Below, in pieces: positions 6,610-14,142 of a stretch of DNA of 19,176 nucleotides. The notes under the pieces are model-generated. The model worked only from the letters and a program-made list of their open reading frames with translations. It made no database searches and had not been told where the DNA came from. The stretch covers positions 1 to 19,176 of the forward strand of contig JBEKZX010000029.1 of NCBI GenBank assembly GCA_049509455.1. Direction: 5' to 3'. Origin of the DNA: Conexivisphaerales archaeon (lineage in GTDB: Archaea; Thermoproteota; Nitrososphaeria; Conexivisphaerales; DTJL01). Every line of letters begins with the position of its first letter. The stretch's first letter is position 1. Made by a program: the position numbers and the translations under genes.

Positions 6610-8561
6610 AGATTGGGGTCTACATCTGCCACTGCGGCACGAACATAGCTGGCGTCGTCGACGTGGCCAAGGTCGTCGAGTTCGCCGCCACGCTTCCTAA
6701 CGTCGCCGTGGCCCGCGACTACAAGTACATGTGCAGCGAGCCAGGCCAGAACTTGATAGGCGAGGACATCCGCCACCTGGGGCTCGATGGCGTGGTGGTG
6801 GCGGCCTGCTCTCCGACGATGCACGAGCCCACGTTCCAGACCGCCCTCTCCAGGGCTGGGGCGAACCCGTACATGCTCCAGATGGCTAGCATACGCGAGC
6901 ACGTTTCTTGGGTGACGTCCGACCCAGTCGAGGCCACCGAGAAGGCCAAGAAGCTGGTCGAAGCCGCCATCTCCAGGGTGAGCCTCCAGGAGCCGCTGGA
7001 GAAGAGGCGGATACCCGTCAAGCAGTCCGTCCTCGTCGTCGGCGGAGGGATCGCCGGCATAGAGGCCGCCCTAAAGTGTGCCGACGCAGGGAAGAAGGTC
7101 TACCTCGTTGAGAAGGAGCCAAGCATCGGAGGCCACATGGCCATGTTTGACAAGACGTTCCCCACCCTGGACTGCTCCCAGTGCATCCTCACCCCCAAAA
7201 TGGTGGAGGTCGTCCGAAACGAAAACATCGAGCTCTTGGACTACAGCGAGGTCAGGGAGATCTCTGGCCACGTCGGCGATTTCAAGGTCTCCATCGTCAG
7301 GAAGCCCCGCTACGTTGACTCGTCAAAGTGCACTGGATGCGCCGTCTGCTCCACCAAGTGCCCGGGCAAGGCCCCCGATGAGTTCAACCTAGGCATGTCA
7401 AAGAGGAAGGCGATTTACGTTCCCTTCCCCCAGGCCGTCCCCCTCAAGGCGGTCATCGACCGAGAAAGCTGTCTCTACTTCCAGAAGAATATCTGCAAGG
7501 TCTGCGTAAAGTTCTGCAGCGCTGACGCGATAGACTTTGAGCAGAAGCCCGAGGAACTCGAGCTGGGTGTCGGCGCTGTAATATTGGCTACCGGATTCAA
7601 GCCCTTCGACGCCAGGAGGGTGTCGGAGTACGGCTACGGGAAGCTCCCCAACGTCATCACCAGCCTAGAGTTCGAGAGGATGACGTCCGCCTCCGGGCCC
7701 ACCGCGGGGAAGATCGTCCTGAAGGATGGCAGGGAGCCGGAAAGCGTCGCCATCGTCCACTGCGTGGGGAGCAGGAACGTCAACTACAACGTCTACTGCT
7801 CGAAGATCTGCTGCATGCAGAGCCTGAAGCATGCCCACCTCCTCAAGGAGCATCTCCCCGGCGTCGCCGTTTACGACTTCTTTATCGACATGAGGGCGGC
7901 GGGAAAGGGCTATGAAGAGTTCTACAAGCGCGTGATGGGCGAAGGCACAATCATGGTCAGGGGGAGGCCGGCCTACATAACCGACGTCCCATCCAAGCCC
8001 GAGGAGAAGGGCAAGCTTGTCCTGGTGGCCGAGGACACGGTCCTGTCCACCGTGATGCGCTACCCCGTCGACATGGTGGTCCTGAGCGTCGGCCTAGAGG
8101 CCGGCGAAGACGCCAAGGAGCTCGCCCACACGTTCACCTGCTCAAGGACCGCCGACGGCTTCTTCCTCGAGAGGCACCCCAAGCTCGCGCCCGTCTCCAC
8201 GCCCACGGCAGGCGTGTTCATCGCCGGCGCCAGCCAGGGCCCCAAGGACATACCCGAATCCGTCGCCCAAGCCGGCGCGGCAGCCGCCGAAGCCCTGGCC
8301 ATGATGGGGAAGGGCTACTTCGAACTGGAGCCTTACGTCGCGCGCATAGACGAGGACCTTTGCTCCGGCTGCGGCATCTGCCTCGACCTCTGCGCATACA
8401 ACGCACTGGAGCGCATACCCGAAACAGGGCTGACCAGGGTGGTGGAGGCGCTCTGTCAGGGATGCGGAGCCTGCGTCGCTGCCTGCCCGTCCAACGCCCT
8501 GGACCTCGACGGTTTCAAGAACAATCAGATCATGGCCGAGCTGGAGGGGATCCTGGCTTGA
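6606..8561 (+). CDS. hdrA: Heterodisulfide reductase subunit A (FAD/Fe-S)
   Basis: KIGVYICHCG N-terminus, GGGIAG, DKTFPTLDCSQC, CTGCAVC, HCVGSR, CSKICC, CSGCGIC, CQGCGAC; real start TTG 6606 (TTGA overlap), not the track's 6300. Confidence 0.97.
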   Translation: MKIGVYICHCGTNIAGVVDVAKVVEFAATLPNVAVARDYKYMCSEPGQNLIGEDIRHLGLDGVVVAACSPTMHEPTFQTALSRAGANPYMLQMASIREHVSWVTSDPVEATEKAKKLVEAAISRVSLQEPLEKRRIPVKQSVLVVGGGIAGIEAALKCADAGKKVYLVEKEPSIGGHMAMFDKTFPTLDCSQCILTPKMVEVVRNENIELLDYSEVREISGHVGDFKVSIVRKPRYVDSSKCTGCAVCSTKCPGKAPDEFNLGMSKRKAIYVPFPQAVPLKAVIDRESCLYFQKNICKVCVKFCSADAIDFEQKPEELELGVGAVILATGFKPFDARRVSEYGYGKLPNVITSLEFERMTSASGPTAGKIVLKDGREPESVAIVHCVGSRNVNYNVYCSKICCMQSLKHAHLLKEHLPGVAVYDFFIDMRAAGKGYEEFYKRVMGEGTIMVRGRPAYITDVPSKPEEKGKLVLVAEDTVLSTVMRYPVDMVVLSVGLEAGEDAKELAHTFTCSRTADGFFLERHPKLAPVSTPTAGVFIAGASQGPKDIPESVAQAGAAAAEALAMMGKGYFELEPYVARIDEDLCSGCGICLDLCAYNALERIPETGLTRVVEALCQGCGACVAACPSNALDLDGFKNNQIMAELEGILA

Positions 8562-8989
8562 GCGAGCGTCCGAACGTCAGAATTGTGGCCCTCTTGTGTC
8601 GGTGGTGCTCCTACGCCGGGGCTGACTTGGCGGGGGTGAGCAGGATGAAGTATGCGGCCAACGTTCTGCCGATAAAGGTGCCCTGCAGCGCAAGAGTGGA
8701 CCCGCAGTTGGTCCTGAAGGCCTTCTCCGAAGGGGCCGACGGCGTGCTCCTGGCCGGATGCCACCCGGGTGACTGCCACTACCTAAAGGGGAACTACAAG
8801 GCCCTCAGGAGGTTTCAGCTCTTGAAGAAGTTCACCTCCCAGATGGGGATAGAGGACGACAGGCTCAGACTGGAGTGGATTTCTGCCAGCGAAGGAAGCC
8901 GGTACGCAGACGTCGTGAACGATATGACGACGAAGGTGGCCAAGCTGGGCCGACTGAACTGGAGGAGAGAGATAGCCATTGAAGCCTGA
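8558..8989 (+). CDS. mvhD: Hydrogenase [2Fe-2S] subunit MvhD
   Basis: CRWCSYAGAD, VPCSARVDP, GCHPGDCHY, RLRLEWISASEG; TTG 8558 overlapping the hdrA stop. Confidence 0.96.
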   Translation: MSERPNVRIVALLCRWCSYAGADLAGVSRMKYAANVLPIKVPCSARVDPQLVLKAFSEGADGVLLAGCHPGDCHYLKGNYKALRRFQLLKKFTSQMGIEDDRLRLEWISASEGSRYADVVNDMTTKVAKLGRLNWRREIAIEA

Positions 8990-9944
8990 GCGGACAAAGC
9001 CCAAGTTGGCCATAGCGCTGGGCGCCACTTGCTCTGGCTGCGACTACTCCCTGCTGGACCTCGGGGCGGGCCTTCTAGACGTGACCGACCAGGTGGAGAT
9101 CGTCTATTGGCCCACGGGCATCGACTCCAAGCTGGAGGACCTCCAAGCGGTCCCAGACAGGGGTGTCGATCTCATACTTTTCGACGGCGCCGTCGTCAAC
9201 GAGGACAACTTGGAGATGGCTCGACTCTGCAGAAAGAAGGCCAAGATGCTGGCCGCCTTCGGCAGCTGCGGGGCCTACGGCGGCATCCCCGGCCTCATCA
9301 ACAGCGGGAGCCCGAAGAAGATACTCCTCGAGGTGTACCAGGGGCTCCCCACACGCTCCGACAAGGCGGAGGCGCTCAACTTCGAAGGAGAGGATGCGCT
9401 GCCGAAGATGCTGGGGCAGGCTTACTCACTGGACCAGGTGGTGGACGTCGACGTCTACCTCCCCGGCTGCCCGCCTCCTCTGAAGCTAGTGGCCGGCCTG
9501 CTGACGGACGTGCTGGCGGGGAAGGCGATCCCGAAGGGGACCTTCTATGCTTCGAACAGGGCGGTCTGCTACGAATGCAAGCGCGTCAAGGAGAACAAGT
9601 CCATCGACGCCATCCATAGGTACCATGAGATACAGCCCGACCCGACGCGTTGCCTCCTGGAGCAGGGAATCGTCTGCCTGGGACCCGCGACAAGAGGAGG
9701 CTGCGACGCCGTCTGCTGCACCCAGAACCAGCCCTGCAGGGGTTGCATGGGGGCCCTCCCCCATTCCGAAGACAGCGGTGCGGAGATGATGTCGGCCCTG
9801 GCCTCCATAATGGAGCTCAACAACGAGAACAAGGAGGCCGACTATACCGGCATCTTCGACGGCTTGAACGACCCCCTCGGCACCTTCTACACGTTTACGC
9901 TCCCGAAGAGCATCCTGGGAAGGAGGAAGGTGGACCAATCTTGA
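8979..9944 (+). CDS. mvhG: [NiFe]-hydrogenase small subunit MvhG
   Basis: CSGC, FGSCGAYGGIPG, PGCPP, VCYEC, CLLEQGIVCLGPATRGGC, PCRGC. Confidence 0.95.
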   Translation: MKPERTKPKLAIALGATCSGCDYSLLDLGAGLLDVTDQVEIVYWPTGIDSKLEDLQAVPDRGVDLILFDGAVVNEDNLEMARLCRKKAKMLAAFGSCGAYGGIPGLINSGSPKKILLEVYQGLPTRSDKAEALNFEGEDALPKMLGQAYSLDQVVDVDVYLPGCPPPLKLVAGLLTDVLAGKAIPKGTFYASNRAVCYECKRVKENKSIDAIHRYHEIQPDPTRCLLEQGIVCLGPATRGGCDAVCCTQNQPCRGCMGALPHSEDSGAEMMSALASIMELNNENKEADYTGIFDGLNDPLGTFYTFTLPKSILGRRKVDQS

Positions 9945-11398
9945 AGAGGCTGGTGATCAACCCGGCGACGAGGCTGGAGGGTCACGCCAAGATAGCGATC
10001 ATAATGGACGACAAAGGAGAGGTGCAGGACGCCCTGTTCCAGACCGTGGAGTTCAAGGGGTTCGAAAGCTTCTGCATAGGGCGTAACGCCGAGGAGCTGC
10101 CGGTCATCACCAGCAGGATATGCGGCGTCTGCCCGTGGGCGCACCACATGGCCTCCGTAAAGGCGACGGACGCCCTCTTCAGCGCTCCTCCGCCGCCCAC
10201 GGCCCAAAAGGTCAGGGAGCTGGCCTACGACGCCTTCATGGTCCATGACCATACAGCGGTCTTCTATGCGCTGGCGGCCCCGGACCTGCTCCTGGACCCG
10301 GACACGCCCAGGGCGCAGAGGAACATCCTCGAGCTAGTAAAGCGGATCGGCAGGGACACCGGCGCGAAGGTGCTGGCCCTGAGAAAGGCCGCCGCGGACA
10401 TACTCACCATAACTGGAGGGAGGGCCACCCATCCCATCTTCGGCTGCCCCGGAGGAATCACTAGAGGCCTCAGCCAGGAGGACATCTCCGCCATCAGGGA
10501 TCGGAGCCGTCAGCTCGTCGAGCTGGCGGAGTTGACCAATAAGGTCTTCCAAGACAGCGTGGCATCCAAGAAGGAGTTCATCGACCTCTTCAACACCGAC
10601 GCCTTCGTCAACAGGTCGTACTACGCTTCGCTAGTGGGAAAGGACGGCCGGATCAGCTTCCTTGACGGCGACGTCAGGGTGGTCAAGCCCGACGGCTCCA
10701 CCTACGAGGAGTTCAAGCCGGCCTCTTACATGGACCATTTTGAGGAGGCCTCCCTCCCCTGGACCTACATGAAGTTCCCCTACCTGAAGAACGTGGGCTG
10801 GAAGGGGCTCCAGGAGGGGGAGGACAGCGGGCTCTACCGGGTGGGACCTCTTGCGCGCTTCAACGTCGCCAAAGGGTTCACGACGCCTAGGGCCCAAGAG
10901 AAGTTCGAACTGTTCAGGGAGACGCTGGGCAGCCCAGCCCATCAGACGCTGGCCTACCAGTGGGCGAGGGTCATCGAAATACTCTATGCGGCAGAAAGGA
11001 TCACGGAGCTTGTGGACGACCCCGAGCTGGGCGGCAAGGAGATCAGGTCGCAACTGGGCAAGATAGGGGAAGGGGTGGGAGTCGTGGAAGCCCCCAGAGG
11101 GCTCTTGGTACACCACTACAGGGCCGACGAGCGCGGCGTGGTGACCTTCGTCAACCTCATCGTCCCCTCCACGCACAACAACTCGGGGATATGCCTCTCC
11201 GTCAAGAAGGCCGCGAAACACCTCATCAGGGGGACCGAAATCCCCGAGCCTGTCTTCAATCGCGTCGAGATGCTCTACAGGGCCTACGACCCCTGTCTGG
11301 CCTGCGGGACTCATAGCCTTCCGGGGGCGATGCCGTTGAAGTTCGAGCTCTACGACTCTGCGGGTAGGCTCCTTGGTAGCGAGTCCAGGGGCTTGTAA
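9941..11398 (+). CDS. mvhA: [NiFe]-hydrogenase large subunit MvhA (group 3c by context)
   Basis: TRLEGH, L1 RICGVC, EAPRG, L2 RAYDPCLACGTH plus a cleavable C-terminal tail; TTG 9941 overlapping the mvhG stop. Confidence 0.96.
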   Translation: MKRLVINPATRLEGHAKIAIIMDDKGEVQDALFQTVEFKGFESFCIGRNAEELPVITSRICGVCPWAHHMASVKATDALFSAPPPPTAQKVRELAYDAFMVHDHTAVFYALAAPDLLLDPDTPRAQRNILELVKRIGRDTGAKVLALRKAAADILTITGGRATHPIFGCPGGITRGLSQEDISAIRDRSRQLVELAELTNKVFQDSVASKKEFIDLFNTDAFVNRSYYASLVGKDGRISFLDGDVRVVKPDGSTYEEFKPASYMDHFEEASLPWTYMKFPYLKNVGWKGLQEGEDSGLYRVGPLARFNVAKGFTTPRAQEKFELFRETLGSPAHQTLAYQWARVIEILYAAERITELVDDPELGGKEIRSQLGKIGEGVGVVEAPRGLLVHHYRADERGVVTFVNLIVPSTHNNSGICLSVKKAAKHLIRGTEIPEPVFNRVEMLYRAYDPCLACGTHSLPGAMPLKFELYDSAGRLLGSESRGL

Positions 11399-11404
11399 GC
11401 GGCC

Positions 11405-11875
11405 TTGGAACAGAAGCAAGCCATAGCCTGTCTCGGGAACCCAATCCTGGGCGATGACGCATTCGGCCTGCTGGTGGCGAAGGAGCTCGAGGGGACGGCA
11501 GGGGCCAAGGTGATTACGATGGAGGGAGGGGGCCTTGACATGGCCGTTCAGCTCATCCCCTACTCTCGGGTCCTCATCATTGACGCCCTGGAGACTGCCT
11601 CCGGGGAGGTCGGCGAGCTCGTCTCACTGACCATGGAGGAGCTGTCCTCCATGAAAGGGCTGGAAGGCCATGCCCTGAGCCTCGCGCAGGCCGTGGAGGC
11701 CCTTCGGCTTCTCTCGGGGGACAGCCCGAGGACGGTGGACGTGCTGGCTTGCCGGATTAGGCCCGTGACGACCTACGGCGAGACAATTTCGCCTGCGGTC
11801 TGCGCGGCCGTTGCGCCTTGCGCGAAGAGGGCTAGGGGATGGATCTCCTCGGGCCACCTTAGCCGAAACCCTTAG
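11405..11875 (+). CDS. Hydrogenase maturation endopeptidase 1
   Basis: CLGNPILGDDAFG, VLIIDA, GH; directly after mvhA. Confidence 0.9.
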   Translation: MEQKQAIACLGNPILGDDAFGLLVAKELEGTAGAKVITMEGGGLDMAVQLIPYSRVLIIDALETASGEVGELVSLTMEELSSMKGLEGHALSLAQAVEALRLLSGDSPRTVDVLACRIRPVTTYGETISPAVCAAVAPCAKRARGWISSGHLSRNP

Positions 11876-11894
11876 CTATCCCTCCGGCGTGTTC

Positions 11895-11928
11895 CGGGTT
11901 TGGATTGAAGGCGGGTTTGGATTGAAGG
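11895..11928 (+). repeat. Perfect 17-bp tandem duplication over the start of protease 2
   Basis: CGGGTTTGGATTGAAGG at 11895-11911 and 11912-11928. Confidence 0.95.
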
Positions 11929-12443
11929 TCAACGGGAAGGTCCTCATCGTGGGCTGCGGCAACAGGCTGCTGGGCGACGACGGCTTCGGCCCCTCCGCGG
12001 CCGAGAGGTGCCGGCGGTTCAAGCTCGGCGACTCCATTCTCGCAATGGACGTCGGAACCCAACTCAGCCCCCTGATCATGGAGTTGATCTACAGCGAGGA
12101 GAAGCCAAAGGGGCTCATAATCCTGGATGCGTCGGATGGTGGCCGCGCCCCCGGGACGGTCTTCCAGTTGTCCGTCGACGACCTCGAAGGGCGCTCGACG
12201 GATACCTTCAGCCTCCATGACTTCCCTTCGCCGGCCGTGTTTAGAGAGCTCCGCGACGGAAGGGGGGTGGAGGTGCGCATCATCTCATGCCAACCGGCGA
12301 CGGGCCTCGATGGAGTGAAGATGAGCCTCTCCCCAGAAGTGGAGGCCTCGGTCGGAGAGGCTGCCCGCACGGCTGTGATGATGGCTCGCGAGATGCTGGC
12401 GAGGAGCAGGCCCTCTCGCTCTGGCAGCGGACGGCGCTCATAA
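11922..12443 (+). CDS. Hydrogenase maturation endopeptidase 2
   Basis: KVLIVGCGNRLLGDDGFG, IILDA, FSLH; TTG 11922 fits the family N-terminus better than the track's 11811. Confidence 0.9.
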   Translation: MKVNGKVLIVGCGNRLLGDDGFGPSAAERCRRFKLGDSILAMDVGTQLSPLIMELIYSEEKPKGLIILDASDGGRAPGTVFQLSVDDLEGRSTDTFSLHDFPSPAVFRELRDGRGVEVRIISCQPATGLDGVKMSLSPEVEASVGEAARTAVMMAREMLARSRPSRSGSGRRS

Positions 12444-12490
12444 CCCGTCTATTAGGCTGTTTATAAGGCTGGCCGGCGGCTCCTCATCTG

Positions 12491-13045
12491 ATGTGCCCTG
12501 ACGAGGCCACCGAGGCCATAAAGCCTGCCGTTCGCACTAACCGCACATACATCCTCGCCGAAGCGCTCGTGATGATAGCCCTCGCCGCCGCCCTCTACAT
12601 GTTCAAGCTCTTCACCTTCCCAGAGGGCGGCTCGATTACGCTGGGCTCCATGGTCCCCATTTTTGTGTTGTCCCTCAGGAGGGGCCCGAAGGTCGGCATC
12701 GTCGCCGGCGCGTGCCTGGGCATCATCGTGCTCCTCATAGAGCCCTTCGTCTACAACCCGGTCCAGTTCATCCTCGACTACCCACTGCCCTTTGCGCTCC
12801 TCGGTGTCTCCGGGTTCTTCAAAAAGTGGCCCATCGCGGGCGTGGGCGTGGGCATCTCGCTGCGTTTCGTCTGTCACTTCCTGTCCGGTGCCCTCTACTT
12901 CTGCGGATACATGCCCACGTATTACAAGAGCTGCCCCGTCTACTCCGCGGTGTACAACGCCAGCTACCTGATCCCAGAGTTCGCCATCAGCGCCTTGATG
13001 ATATTCATTCTGTCGAGAAGGCATATACTCACCGTCAGCGCATGA
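12491..13045 (+). CDS. thiT: ECF-type thiamine transporter S component (ThiT/YuaJ family)
   Basis: PEGGSITLGSMVPI, RRGPKVG, PVQFILDYPLPF, RFVCHFLSG, YSAVYNASY; TTTATAA at 12460-12466. Confidence 0.88.
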   Translation: MCPDEATEAIKPAVRTNRTYILAEALVMIALAAALYMFKLFTFPEGGSITLGSMVPIFVLSLRRGPKVGIVAGACLGIIVLLIEPFVYNPVQFILDYPLPFALLGVSGFFKKWPIAGVGVGISLRFVCHFLSGALYFCGYMPTYYKSCPVYSAVYNASYLIPEFAISALMIFILSRRHILTVSA

Positions 13046-14142
13046 ATCGGCCTGAGCGGTTCATGACATCGCAAACGGGCGGGCAGAAAGGACCTGCAAA
13101 GTACGGTAAGCCGAACGATTCTTCCTTCGAGGCCGTCTTCAGGCACCTGGGCGCCAGGGCAGAGGGCATCCTCGTTCCGCCTGCCAGGGGCTTCGACAAC
13201 GGGGTGCTCAAACTAGGGCCAGACTCGGTCCTCGTCTTCACAGCCGACCCGATTTCGTTCATCCCTTCTTTGGGGGGCCGCATGTCCGCCTGGCTCAGCC
13301 TCCATCACCTGGCCTCCGACCTCGCCACGAGCGGAGTGAAGCCCCGCTACGCCATGATGGATTACAACCTCCCCGGCGACTTCAGTGACGCGAACCTTCG
13401 CGGCTATCTGTCCGCCTTCAGCGACGAATCCCGCAGCCTCGGCATCTCCATCGTCGGTGGGCACACGGGAAGGTACCCTGGTTGTGGCCTTACGGTGATA
13501 GGTGCGGGGTTCCTGTTCGCTGAGGCGCCCTCCACCGGCTACATCACGCCCTCCATGGCGCATGGAGGCGACAGGGTCTTGATCACCAAGGGGCCGGCAA
13601 TCGAAGCCACGGCGGTCCTCGCCCTCTCCTTCTCTTCGAGGACGAAGGAAGCCCTGGGTCCCGGCGTCCTCGCGAAAGCGAAGAAGAGGTTGCTCGAATG
13701 CTCGACGGTGGAGGATTCCTTGCTCGCCGCTTCGGTCGGCCTTAGGGACGACGGCGTCACCTCTATGCATGATGCCACCGAGGGAGGAGTAGTCACGGCC
13801 CTAGGTGAGATGGCGGCCGCGTCCGGCAAGGAAATAGCCGCCGACCTCAGTCTCCTCCCCGTCCCCGAGGACATAGGTAAGGTTTGCTCCCTTTTCGGAC
13901 TGAACCCCTACGAAACCCTGAGCGAGGGGACGCTAGTCATCACATGTAGACCTGCCAAGGTCGGCCGGCTGATGGGTGCCTTCAGGCGCCGCGGGATAGG
14001 TTGCTTTGAGGTCGGCGAAGTGAAGGAAGGAATGGTGGGCGACCTGAGGAAGGAGAGAGGGGTCCGCTTGGCGCCCAAGAAGTCCCCTGTCGAGCGATAC
14101 TGGGACGTCTACGCCCGCGGCATCGAAGAAGGGTGGAGCTAG
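13042..14142 (+). CDS. AIR synthase/ThiL/HypE-fold (PurM superfamily) protein of unknown function
   Basis: GFDNG, TADPI, SDLATSG, IVGGHTG, MHDATEGG, SEGTL; no C-terminal PRIC of HypE; ATGA overlap with thiT. Confidence 0.85.
   Translation: MNRPERFMTSQTGGQKGPAKYGKPNDSSFEAVFRHLGARAEGILVPPARGFDNGVLKLGPDSVLVFTADPISFIPSLGGRMSAWLSLHHLASDLATSGVKPRYAMMDYNLPGDFSDANLRGYLSAFSDESRSLGISIVGGHTGRYPGCGLTVIGAGFLFAEAPSTGYITPSMAHGGDRVLITKGPAIEATAVLALSFSSRTKEALGPGVLAKAKKRLLECSTVEDSLLAASVGLRDDGVTSMHDATEGGVVTALGEMAAASGKEIAADLSLLPVPEDIGKVCSLFGLNPYETLSEGTLVITCRPAKVGRLMGAFRRRGIGCFEVGEVKEGMVGDLRKERGVRLAPKKSPVERYWDVYARGIEEGWS

Noticed and set aside
5144-11398. Selenocysteine recoding in Hdr/Mvh
   Set aside because: All ligand positions are Cys; TGA codons occur only at gene ends.
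11895-11928. CRISPR repeat
   Set aside because: Two directly adjacent 17-bp copies with no spacer.
12444-12490. TPP riboswitch or operator before thiT
   Set aside because: Only 47 nt of intergenic space, no riboswitch core; the AGGCTG pair flanking the TATA is too short to support.
13042-14142. hypE call based on proximity to the hydrogenase
   Set aside because: Lacks the C-terminal PRIC cysteine and is coupled to thiT under a separate promoter.
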